Shown here piece after piece: positions 27,291 to 38,899 of a DNA stretch of 64,000 nt. The stretch's first letter is position 1, and every line of letters begins with the position of its first letter. Where the stretch lies: NCBI GenBank assembly GCA_964016885.1, contig OZ024740.1, forward strand, positions 161,634,001 through 161,698,000, read 5' to 3'. A program made the translations under genes and the position numbers. This stretch comes from Eledone cirrhosa (lineage: Eukaryota). Below the pieces are notes generated by a model. That model did no database searches, was not told where the DNA came from, and saw only the letters and a program-made list of their open reading frames with translations.

Positions 27291-27999
27291 ATTCATAGTT
27301 CGATCTACCACATGGTGTAGATTGCTCTACAGCGGAGTTCAATCGGCTGTTAGTATATAGAGCAGGTCTGTGGATACGCCATCAAGTTGTTCTCGATACC
27401 CCGACTGCCGCTTTCCTCGGCAAAATTGAGAGGAGGGTATCACGTCTGAAGGATCTTTTGAGGTGGAATGGCTGTTTTCTGCGACAATGCTTTCACGATC
27501 TTGTCCGCGGCGTGCACGTGGAATACACCATCCAGGCACTCTTTCATATTTGTTCTTTTATTTAGTACGCTTTTTTTCTGTTTTTCTTTTTTCCTGTTTA
27601 TTATCTATTTTCTATTAAATAATTTCACTACTCTATACATCCCCGTTCGTTAATAAATAAATCTGTATATTTCTTTTCGACATCTGTCCTTTTTCAACAA
27701 GTCTCGGAGGCCTTGAGAAAAGATTCATAGATGCTGCCTGACCTCTGTATAGGACATTTAAAAAGGATGAAATACAATTTAGTGCGAGAGAATTGAAATT
27801 TTCTGCGTTGAAAACTATCTTATTATTGTAATACTTAAAGATCGGTGTTCTAATAATTCTGCCATCCCAGCACTATTATGAAGATAAATATTACAGAACT
27901 GCAATTTTTTCTGGTGGTACAAATGTGATATTTGAAATTGAGCGTAAAATTCTTGTGAGCGAGGCGCCAGAAATGTTATTTGCATGAGACAGCAGACAT

Positions 28000-28110
<111 letters not shown>

Positions 28111-28145
28111 CGCTCTCTCTCTCTCCCTCTCTCTCCCTCTCTCTC

Positions 28146-28182
<37 letters not shown>

Positions 28183-29391
28183 ATATTATGCCTATGTATG
28201 TGTATTTACTGGATGATGCAAGAAGATAAAACACAATTCTTTGAAATTACTTACACTCATGATATCATCTCCTTTGTGTGTTTGTTGAGAGTGTGTATAA
28301 TTAGAAAGTATACTGAAATACACATTTTTTGAAAGCACGCAACTCGACTGTTTAGCCGCTCCATCACATTTCCATGAATACAACAGAGTTACCTCCCTCT
28401 ACCGTTGGCTTTTTAATTATCTCCCATGCATTGTTTGTTTTGATTCCTTTTTATTTTTCGTCTTTTTTAATATTATTCTTCATGAATGAGTTGGCAAATT
28501 AATCAGATTTTTTTAAAGCATGCTTTCTTAACAATAATGCACCCAGCTCACACCAATATATATATGTATCTTGGTCGATTTTATTGAGAACAATAAATGA
28601 GTCAATAGTATATGAGTGAAGGGAGAAAGGGGAAAAAGTTAGTAGCATTTAAAATCATTCATTTATGTAACAGAAATTCAGTTATATAAAAGAAATTATG
28701 ATTTTTAAAAATGTTATTATTTTTTATTTTATCCCTTTTCTCGTAACAAAACGTGCCTGCCCGGCCACAATCTTCAAACTAAATTGAAAGAAACCTGTCA
28801 TCGAAATATCTCAATTATTTCGAGATCTGTTACATTGATGACACACAAGGCAAGAATTACTTGTGACGGCGGGGGTAGAGACGACAGCCACTGTGCCGGT
28901 GATGATGTTATTTTTTTTTTTGTTTAGTTTCGAGTCAGCCCTGATCGAAGAAACCTATATAAAGGCATTGTGTGATTATGTTGATTTGCCGATAGTGGTT
29001 AAGGTTTAGTTGATGATTGCGGTGGTACTAGTGATAGTGGCAGTGATGATGATGATCCATCTACGTCTGATAAAAAGAAATTCTATTTTACTTCTCACTT
29101 CTAAAAAATTTCATATAAAATCATTTAACCACCCTAAAGGGAATTCATTAGACCATCTACCCAACTTTGTAGGCAAGCAAAACTGAAAGGCTAAGCCATT
29201 CATTCACTTCTATAAAAGAATTTACACTCATACAAGTTTTCATAAAATTTACTCCAATAACCAATTATAATAATTTGTTTTAATGGCTGCAAGGACGCAC
29301 AACGTTAGGAATTATGCAAAACCAACTAAAATGGGGGTTATCTTGAGAAAAGGGAGGAGAAAGTGTAGGTATAAAAACAATAATCATAATA

Positions 29392-29438
<47 letters not shown>

Positions 29439-29698
29439 TTTCTTTATTAACCACAAGGGTTTACATAAAGTAGACATTAAGGACAGTGCAGGACAATGCA
29501 GGACGGTACAAATGGGCATTTCTGCGTGTAAAAAACAAAAACAGAGGATGTAACAAAAAATAACAATGAAAATAACAATGAAAAATTCCCCAATAGGGGG
29601 AAGACTTCGGAGGGACATTTGTGGAGAAAGCCCAGTAAAAAGCCACAATGACCCTGACCACCAAGGCAAGTGCCCTCTCCCAGTTTTCCACCTTTAAT

Positions 29699-32600
29699 TT
29701 ACAGATATATACTCAGAGTAGGCCCATTCACTCGGGCCATTCTTGCTTCTCTCACCCATCTTTCAACAAAATGCTGGGAAGAGAGCACTTCCCTCTCTAC
29801 TCTGATTTTCCTTTTCAAATGAAATTTGAAAAAGTCAATCAGAGCATCACCGAAGAGGTAAGTGCTCGTCTTCAGCCCTTTCAAACGTGTCCACCATACT
29901 ATCTCTTTCGCCATGGCCACCAGACAGATAAAAACTGCCTGCCCTTCTCGGCTAAAGGAAGAGGGCGGGGCAATCCTCACGATGGACTCAGCTGATAGCT
30001 GGATCCGTCCTACACGTGACAGCAGGTGTTCGACATAAACCCACAAGTCAGCAATGCTCGGACACTGGACGAGTGCGTGCAGGACGGTTTCGTCGCCCTG
30101 CGCGCATCTCGGACATGCCCGGCTGACGGCACCTCCATGCCTGTAGAGTTTATCCCGAACTGACAAAGCTCCCCGGTAGCACTGCCAGGCCAGGGATTTC
30201 TGGAAGTTGTCCATAGGCCCCGGCCCGAAAGTCCTTCCGAAGAGATTGGCTAGTTGATTTTCGTCGACGCCTAGAATTTCTCCAAGTACGTCGTCACTCT
30301 TCCCATCCACTAATCCTCTATAGAACGCCAAGGTGGAGTTTCCACCGATCACATTGCTCGATTGGTCGAGGGCTGTGAGCGCCTGAAGATATTCCAGTCT
30401 CCAAGCGCTCCATCTCGGTCTTCGCTTGACCCAGGACTGCAGCTCCGTCAAGGAGACGAGCTGGGGAAGACGTGTCTAGCAAACGTCGACCACACCTGAT
30501 CACCGTCGAGGAAGAGGTGGAGATGTCGTAGCCTGAGCGCGTGTCTGCGCATCATCAGCCACAGCATGCCCAGCCCTCCACGTAGCGGGTGTTGACAGCA
30601 GATGGACCGCCTGACCATGGGAGCGCGTCCCTTCCACAAAAAGCGAAAGAGTAAACGCTCCAGAGCAGTCAGGCGGGGCTTAGGACAAGGTACGGCGGTC
30701 AGGCGGTAGTAGATGACGGACACGATGTACGCGTTAGGCACCTCCGCTCGACCTTTCAGGGATAGCTTCCTCTCCGCCCATTTCTGGGTGAGATAAGCCA
30801 CCCTGCTCGTCACCTCGTCCCAGTTTTTGTCCGTCTGGAGGTCCGGACCGAACCAGACCCCTATCAATTTAACCGGTCCGTCCGTCCAGCGCCCGACGAC
30901 GCTGTTGGACGGCATGGACCTGCCTCTCCAGGTGCCGAGCTGCAGGCCCACTGACTTTTCCTGGTTGATCATTGCTCCTGTCACCGCTTCGTATTCTCTT
31001 AGTGCAGTGCCGATCGCCTCGATGTGTTTGGCGTTCGACACCACTACGGTGACATCGTCCGCATATGCTGACACGGATCCTCCGCATCCTAGTTCGCGCG
31101 GGATCCCCCTCAACGTCTCCAGTTTGTGCAGTAATGGCTCGAGAGTCAATACGTACAAGAGGGACGAGAGGGGACATCCTTGGCGGACCGAGCGCATGAT
31201 GTTGAACGGTTCCGAAAGGTGACCGTTCACTCTCACCACAGAGCAGATCTCGCTGTGCATGGCAGCGATCCAGCCTCTGAAGACGGGCCCAAAGCCAGCC
31301 GCCCTCAGGACTGCCGCTAGGTAACGATGGTCGACCCTATCGAAAGCTTTCGACTGATCTAAATTTATCAAAGACCCACCCGTGCCAGGTTCCCTAGCTA
31401 CCCTCTCTACGATGTATCGCATGAGGTGGAGGTTGTCGTAGATGGATCTGTCGGGAATGGCGCATGTCTGCACCTCTCCCACCAGACCACCAACGACAAG
31501 CGCCCACCTCTTTGCTAGCACCTTGGCCAAAATCTTGAACTCTGTGTTTAGCAGAGTTATGGGCCTAAAATTATCTATGTTATCCCCCTTGTTTGGATCC
31601 TTTCTCAGCACCGCCACAGCTCCTCGGCTCACAGAGCTGGGAAATCTCCCGTTCTGTTGCCAGTTGCAGTAGACGTCCGCCAAGAAGCCTCCGAACAAGT
31701 CTGGCATCTGTACGTAAAGTTCATAGGGCAGACCATCCAAACCAGGCGATTTACCCCTTGTGCAGCCAGTCATTGCCTCCCGTACTTCAGCGGCTGTTAT
31801 CGGGTTTTCGCAACACTCCGCCTCAGTGGTCGAGAGCCGCGGCAGTCCGTCGAGGTAGACACTAAAGTCCATCCCTCGATCCGGCCCGCCGGTGCCCCCG
31901 CACAACTGAGCGAACTGTCGCTGAAAATCTTCACACATTTGCCCGGGATCGAGTAGCATGCGCCCGTCGTGGTCCACCAAAGACCGGATCGTGGCTTTGT
32001 TGCCACGATGCGCCTCCGCCACTCGGGCCCATTGAACGGCTTTCGTCCCCTCGTGTCTGAGAGCACGCACCCAAGCTCTGACAACGCAGCCTTCGTGCTT
32101 TGCATTGAAGAATTGGTCAAGGGCCAATTTCGCCGCAAGCACGTCGGTCGCGATGCCTTTGCTAAGTTCCTCGTCTAATTTTCTAACTAATTCTCCCTCT
32201 GCTCTATTTTTCTCTATTGCTAAAGCCTTACTAAACCTAATGGACTCTATTCTAATTGCTCTTTTCAGAGCAAACCACCACTTGTTGTTGACGATGGCCC
32301 CCGTCAACGGCCGCTTAACTAGTTCGCTAATCCGGTCTCTGTAGGCCTTGCGCGCTGGTAAAGACGCGTTTAGCTTCCAGTAGCCGGGTCCTCGTCTATG
32401 AAGCCTATCTAAGTCAAGTACACAGATCATGAATTTGTGGTCCGTGTAGCTGACTATCTTGAATTGTGGACAGCTTATGCTAGACCTATCTATTTCTCTA
32501 CAAAATACTCTATCTAGATATGATCTGGATGACCCGATGCGGTTTGTCCAAGTCCACATTGGTACATTCGAGAAATCCAATCGGTACCTGTCAGACAGTT

Positions 32601-33118
32601 CAAAACGCCTGAGCAGGTTGGTGAGGCTCTTGCACCCTCCTCCCCTATCCGCTAATCCCACACAGTCCCAGCGTGCATCTAAGATCCCGTTCCAGTCGCC
32701 CCCTAACACTAAAGAGCGGGACGTTCCAAGAAAGGTCTCCAGACGGCGGAAGAAATCAGGCCGCCCTGCTCCTGTCGGGGCATAGACTGCCACTAGCCTG
32801 AAAGCTTGCCCGTCTCCGCTGGTCACGTCTAGCACCACCAACTTACCTTCTGGGTCCAGGAAGATGGCCCCGTATGGCGAGATCCAAACCTCTCCGAAAG
32901 AGCACAGCAACTCCTCCCCCCGAACCCGGACGGCTGGGAGATGCGTACACATCGTAGCAGCAGAAGATCGGTGCGAAGGCCCGTGCCTCGGAGATTCTGG
33001 TCTCGCTGATGGCCACTACATCTATGTTTAGTGACCTGAGGTCGTTGCTCAGGTGGCCCTGCTTCCATGACGACCCCAAGCCACGTGCATTTATGCTGCC
33101 TATTCTGAGTGAGGTCAT
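29699..33118 (-). pseudogene. ORF2 APE-RT-Cys-rich, two apparent frameshifts
   Basis: MTSLRIGSINARGL, then an 834-aa ORF with GDWN/TDHK/RT motifs (AYADD), then a 250-aa C-terminal ORF with CPRC...H...C. Confidence 0.93.
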
Positions 33119-33152
33119 GTTTAAATGGAGTGGAAAAGATATGAAGGAACAC

Positions 33153-34982
33153 TTACCTTACTTCTCGTAGAAGAAGGATGGTTTGTCCATCCTTTTCACT
33201 GCTTGTGGCCTCCTCCGGAAGGATGTCCTTATAAATCCTCCTGGAGAGTGTTTGTCGGAAGTCTCCGATGTCTTTGGGGAATTTTTGTTTTAGTGTCATG
33301 TACGTTTTCTGTGTGATGCGAGTGATTTGTATGTGTGGAGGTGGTGTGAACTTTTGGATTGTTGTGTAGTCTTTTTCTGTGATGCTGTTGTGTTGCATGT
33401 AGCGTAATAATTGGTTGTTGTTCAAATTTATGCTGTGTAGTGTGTATCGTTTTGGTTGTTTTGTTTTGTTTGCGTTTGTTGTGGGTTTGTTTCTGTCACG
33501 CTTTTTGGTGACTTTTGTGGTGTTGCTGATGGTGGTGTTGGGGTTAATGATGGTGATGGTGTTCGTGTTTGTGGTGATGGGGTTGGTGATGCATGTGTGG
33601 ATGGTGGCATATCTGTCTTAACTTTCTTGTTCGATAATTTATTTGTTTCCCTCTGTATTTTGTTTTTTGAGGGGGAAGGAAGAGAATTTTTTTCTTTTTT
33701 GGTTTCTTTTTTTTTTCTTTTTTCCTGATACCATTTCCCACTCCTCGTCGTCACCATCTGTCTCCAGTTGCGATAAGCCGGGGAGTGGAAAATCCTCCAC
33801 AGGCGTTGGTTTTGGTTGTGGCGTGGTGGATGGTGTAGGCGCTGGTGCTAGTTCTGGGGCGTTGGGTGGTGGTGGTGTTGGTTTTGCTACTGTTGCTGGG
33901 GTTGTTGCTGTTACAGTTGCTTCTGTTGTTGCTGCTACAGTTGTTGCTGCTATTTCTGCTGCTGGTGGTGTTGATGGTTGAGTCACTGGGGTGGGTAAGA
34001 GAGGTGGCCTCAACCTTTTAGCCTGAGGACAGAAAGCCCTTAGGTGGGTTCCTTCACCACAAACGACACACCTAGGTCTTCTGCCCTCGACGATTACCGT
34101 GAGGTGGCTGCCGTCAGTGAGGTCTATTACCTCTGGGATCTCCTCAATGCTTTTATGGTCCGCTTGGAGCAGCAGCTCCATCCCAGATCCGGATCAGTTC
34201 TCCTGCTTTTCTTTTGCTATTTTTTTATTTTGGTGTTCGCCTCGATGCCGGCGAGGACGGCAGCCATTAGCCAGGGAATTTTGATGGCCGATGGAACGTG
34301 GGTCACCCTGATCTTCACAAGTCTCTGGCCACAATAGCTTGGGATGAGTGTGAAGTCGTCACTTCTTAATGGGGCCATGGAGTGTTCTCTGGCCTCCTGT
34401 GGTGTTTCAAAGAACACGTCCACGGTTCCATACTTCTGCCCACGTCTGATGTGGGTTTTTCTTGCCCCCACATGTCCCAAAGCTTTTTGGATTTGGGACT
34501 CAGATGCCCGTTCCACTCGGCGCAATTTTATGTTTACTGTCCGATAAGACACTGTGCATAGGCGACGTTGCTCCATTTTATTAGGTGGGGGGTGAGGCTA
34601 ACCCTGTACCCATCTTTCTTTACCATTCCTTTGGCTTCGTCTAATTCTTCCTGAGTTACCTGGATCGCTTCGCACGTTTTTGCTACTCTGGCAAAACTCA
34701 GGGTAGTTTTCTTAATTTCATTGTTGCTGTTATTATTATCATTATTTTTGCTATTGTTAATTTTAGTTTCAGTTGTGGTGGTGGTGGCGTCAGTGGTGTT
34801 CGGTGTGGAAGAGTTCATTTTGGTTGAATTCATTTCGATATCATGAGTTAATTTATTTTTTTCTTTTGTTTCTGTTGTCACTGTGGTGGGGTGGTGGTTG
34901 TCGCGGTGGTGGTGGTGGTGGTGGTGGTGGTGGTGGTGGTGGTGGTGGTGGTGGTGGCGGCGGCTTTGAGACCTGCAGTCAT
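33153..34982 (-). pseudogene. ORF1 (RRM-like region + CCHC knuckle), frameshifted
   Basis: SFARVAK, GTVDVFFETPQEA, CVVCGEGTHLRAFC, Pro/Thr-rich linker. Confidence 0.8.
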
Positions 34983-35351
34983 TGGTAATGGCGGGAAATG
35001 AACGTCTGCCTGAGACAAATTTAAAATATTGCTACTGCTTACAATTCCAGTGTTGGCAAACGTAGCAATGTTTCACATGGTGGTGTCGGTGTGAGGTGTT
35101 GGGTTGTAAGGAAGGAGTGAATCTGAGTTATCCATTATTTTTCAAAGAAAAAATTTTTTGTTTGATAATTATAAAAGTTTAAATTTTGGACTCAAGGCCC
35201 CAATATTTTTGAGTGTCCTTTTCAGAAATCAATGTATGTGCACTTATATATAGTTAACAATAAAAATGTTCCATAAATGGCAATTTTAAATAACTGAAAA
35301 TAACAAACCTTTGCGGAGCTCACGATGATACGATTTACTACGTAGGTCGCC

Positions 35352-35405
<54 letters not shown>

Positions 35406-36219
35406 CACTTCATAGTACCTTCTTTGAGAAAACTGAATTCAGAGATCCCCAGACATGGAAATGGTTGAAAAGAGGAGACCTTAAAAAGGCTACAAAAGGA
35501 ATGTTAATGGCTGCACAGGAGCAGGCCCTCAAAACGAAGTGGAAAAACCATATTTACAAGGAGGAGGCTAGCCCACTGTGCAGGATATGTGGAGAGAGAG
35601 AGGAGACTGTGGCTCACATTGTATCCAAGTGTAAACACCTAGCCCAGATTTCACTATAAGGGCTGGAGACATGATGTGATGGGCAGGGTGATCCACTGGC
35701 ACCTATGCAAAGTAAACAATTTACCACATTCTGAGAAGTGGTATGAGCCAGAGTCGGTGATAGAAAACGATCAGGTGAAGGTGCTGTGGAATTTTAGAAT
35801 ACAGACGGACAAGAAACTGGAACACAATAGACCTGACCTGGTGGTTTTGGACCAAGAAAAAAGATCGTGCCTGATTGTGGGTGTGGCCTGCCCATTCGAC
35901 ACGAGAGTGCAAGAGAAGGAGAGGGAGAAAATTAACCGATACCAGGACTTAAAGTGGGAGGTAAAAATGATTTGGAACTGCCATGAAGTCAAAGTGGTCC
36001 CGATTGTCATAGGCGCACTAGGTACTATCTCAAAAAGTTTCCAGGGATGGTTAAAGAAAATTGGCGCCGCCACGCTTTTTGGAACGCTTCAAAAGGGATG
36101 CTTGCTGGGAACAGCAAGAACCCTCCGATACGTCCTGAATATCTGAGGCTGCAGGTAGTGGCTTGATATTCATTTCAACAAACTTTCCAGTTAACTAACA
36201 TCAATGACTGAGATTCAAA

Positions 36220-36220
<1 letters not shown>
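35406..36220 (+). mobile_element. 5'-truncated R4/Dong-like LINE (CCHC + RLE only)
   Basis: CRICGEREETVAHIVSKC, RPDLV, EKINRY; highly similar to the 3' part of the adjacent copy; (AAT)n both sides. Confidence 0.9.
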
Positions 36221-36286
<66 letters not shown>

Positions 36287-36287
<1 letters not shown>

Positions 36288-38860
36288 GGAGTAAAAAGCT
36301 AAGTATTATCATAGAGGAATTGAAGCAACGCATTGTAGCAAAGAGTGCCAAAATCAGGCGATACGAGAACAGAGTCAGTCAGTATAAACAGAACCGCATG
36401 TTCGACAACAACCAGAAGATGCTGTTTGGACAGCTTGAGGGGAAAGAAAGAGGCAACGACTTGATCCCTGGGGCGGAACAAGCTAAAACATTCTGGAGAG
36501 GAATATGGGAGCAGGATGTTAGACACAATGCCCAGGCAGGGTGGATTGAGACAGTACAGAGGGAGATCGGTGAGCAGGCACAGCAACAGACTGATTTGAG
36601 TATCACAGTTGAAACTCTTAAGGGGCAAGCCAAAAAACTAACCAACTGGAAATCACCAGGCCCAGATGGTGTGCAGGGGTATTGGATTAAACATTTAACA
36701 TCCCTCCACCCGAAGCTGACGGCCATGTTCAATGACTGCTTGGTGTCGGGTGAGGTGCCAGAGTGGTTGACAAAAGGTACCACAGTTCTGATAATGAAAG
36801 ACCGAATCAAGGGTAATGATGTTACCAACTATAGACCTATCACATGTCTGCCCGTAATGTGGAAACTGTTGACGAGCATTGTGTCTGAGGAAATCTACCA
36901 TCACCTCCACACAAACAACTTGTTGCCGGACGAACAGAAAGGATGCCGAAAGAAGTCACGTGGTACAAAGGACCAGTTGCTTATTGATAAGATGGTAATG
37001 GGGAATTGCAGGAGGAGACACACTGATCTTGCCATGGGATGGATAGACTACAGAAAGGCATTTGACATGGTGCCTCATTCCTGGATCACCAAAAGCCTGG
37101 AGATCTTCAGGGTGGCAGATAACATCAGACAGTTGCTGGGCAGGAGTATGGGGTCCTGGGAGACAGAGTTGACATCAACTGGAGTATCCTTGGGAAACGT
37201 GAAGATCAAGAGAGGTATCTTCCAGGGAGATAGCCTGTCCCCTCTGTTGTTTGTCCTTGCCCTGATGCCCTTGACCATTATGCTGCGAAAAGTGAGAGCA
37301 GGATACAAGTTGGGAAGGGGAGAGCTTACCATCAATCACCTCCTCTTCATGGACGATCTTAAGCTCTTCGGGAAAAGTGAGAAGGAGTTGGATGTGCTTG
37401 TTGACACTGTCCGTATTTTCAGCAGTGATATATGTATGCAGTTTGGTATTGGTAAATGTGGAGTCATTGTGATGAGGAGGGGTAGGTTGAGCAGAAGTAA
37501 CGGGATCCAGATACCAACAGGTGAGATGATAAAGGAAATTGACTCTGAGGAAGGATACAAGTATTTGGGCGTTCTGGAGGCTGATGGCATAAAGAACAAA
37601 AAAATGAAGGAATTGTTAAGAACTGAATACATTCGGAGAGTAAGGAGCGTATTGAAGTCACATCTGAACAGTAGGAATGCCATAAGTGCAGTAAATTCCC
37701 GAGCTGTGTCTATTATTAGGTACAGTGCGGGAATTCTGAGATGGAATGTTGCTGAACAAAAAGAAATGGATAGGAAGACTAGGAAGCTATTGACTATCTA
37801 CAACATGTTCCACAAGAGGAGTGATGTCGATAGACTCTACCTAAGGAGATCTGAGGGTGGAAGAGGTCTTATCAGCATAGAGGACTGTGTTCAGATGGAG
37901 AAAAACAACCTATACAAATACGTGACCTATAGTAAGGAGCCAATGCTCAGAGCTGTACTGAAGGAGGGGACAGTAGGCCAGGGGATACCCAAGGAGGAAA
38001 TAACATCAAGGAGGAAGAGCAGCCTTAAGGGAAAATCCCTTCATAGTACCTTCTTTGAGAAAACTGAATTTAGAGATCCACAGACATGGAACTGGTTGAG
38101 AAGAGGAGACCTCAAAAAGGCTACAGAAGGAATGCTAATGGCTGCGCAGGAGCAGGCCCTCAAAACGAAGTGGTTGAAGCACCATATCTACAAGGAGGAG
38201 GCTAGCCCACTGTGCAGGATCTGTGGAGAGAGAGAGGAGACTGTGGCTCACATTGTGTCCGAGTGTAAACACCTAGCCCAGACCCACTATAAGGGCTGGA
38301 GACACGATGTGATGGGCAGGGTGATCCACTGGCACCTGTGCAAAGTAAACAATCTACCACATTATGAGAAATGGTATGAGCATAGGCCAGAGGCGGTGAT
38401 GGAGAACAGTCAGGTGAAGGTGCTGTGGGATTTTAGGATACAGACGGACAAAAAACTGGAACACAATAGACCTGACCTGGTGGTTGTGGACAAAGAAAAA
38501 AGATCGTGCCTGATTGTGGATGTGGCCTGCCCGTTCGACACGAGAGTGCAAGAGAAGGAGAGGGAGAAAATTAACCGATACCAGGACCTAAAGTGGGAGG
38601 TGAAAAGGATTTGGAACTGCCATGAAGTCAAAGTGATCCCGATTGTCATAGGCGCACTGGGGACTATCTCCAAAGGTTTCCAGGGATGGTTAAAGAAAAT
38701 CGGCCCCTTCACGCTTTTTGGAACGCTTCAAAAGGCATGCTTGCTTGGAACAGCAAGAACCCTCCGATACGTCCTGAATATCTGAGGCTGCAGGTAGTGG
38801 CTTGATATTCAATCCAACGGACTTTCCAGTTAACCAACATCAATGACTGAGATTCAAGGA
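36287..38860 (+). mobile_element. 5'-truncated R4/Dong-like non-LTR retrotransposon
   Basis: Single RT+CCHC+RLE ORF, short 3' UTR, (AAT)n at both ends. Confidence 0.92.
36320..38785 (+). CDS. Reverse transcriptase - CCHC - restriction-like endonuclease (uninterrupted 821 aa, N-terminally truncated)
   Basis: KSPGPDG, YRPITCL, DYRKAFD, GIFQGDSLSP, LFMDD, KYLG, GGRGL, CRIC..H...C, RHD, RPDLVVVD..IVDV, EK..RY. Confidence 0.93.
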   Translation: MKQRIVAKSAKIRRYENRVSQYKQNRMFDNNQKMLFGQLEGKERGNDLIPGAEQAKTFWRGIWEQDVRHNAQAGWIETVQREIGEQAQQQTDLSITVETLKGQAKKLTNWKSPGPDGVQGYWIKHLTSLHPKLTAMFNDCLVSGEVPEWLTKGTTVLIMKDRIKGNDVTNYRPITCLPVMWKLLTSIVSEEIYHHLHTNNLLPDEQKGCRKKSRGTKDQLLIDKMVMGNCRRRHTDLAMGWIDYRKAFDMVPHSWITKSLEIFRVADNIRQLLGRSMGSWETELTSTGVSLGNVKIKRGIFQGDSLSPLLFVLALMPLTIMLRKVRAGYKLGRGELTINHLLFMDDLKLFGKSEKELDVLVDTVRIFSSDICMQFGIGKCGVIVMRRGRLSRSNGIQIPTGEMIKEIDSEEGYKYLGVLEADGIKNKKMKELLRTEYIRRVRSVLKSHLNSRNAISAVNSRAVSIIRYSAGILRWNVAEQKEMDRKTRKLLTIYNMFHKRSDVDRLYLRRSEGGRGLISIEDCVQMEKNNLYKYVTYSKEPMLRAVLKEGTVGQGIPKEEITSRRKSSLKGKSLHSTFFEKTEFRDPQTWNWLRRGDLKKATEGMLMAAQEQALKTKWLKHHIYKEEASPLCRICGEREETVAHIVSECKHLAQTHYKGWRHDVMGRVIHWHLCKVNNLPHYEKWYEHRPEAVMENSQVKVLWDFRIQTDKKLEHNRPDLVVVDKEKRSCLIVDVACPFDTRVQEKEREKINRYQDLKWEVKRIWNCHEVKVIPIVIGALGTISKGFQGWLKKIGPFTLFGTLQKACLLGTARTLRYVLNI

Positions 38861-38868
38861 ATAACAAC

Positions 38869-38896
<28 letters not shown>

Positions 38897-38899
<3 letters not shown>

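Larger units (their letters stand above)
29437..35351 (-). mobile_element. Full-length Tx1/L1-clade LINE (copy B), flanked by (AAT)n on both sides
   Basis: (AAT)n at 29392-29436 and 35352-35405; ORF1+ORF2; AATAAA before the tail. Confidence 0.92.

Noticed and set aside
36221-36319. Poly-Asn N-terminal extension of the Dong-like ORF through (AAT)n
   Set aside because: The frame is open, but there is an in-frame TGA at 36209 and no ATG after it; this is a truncation junction.
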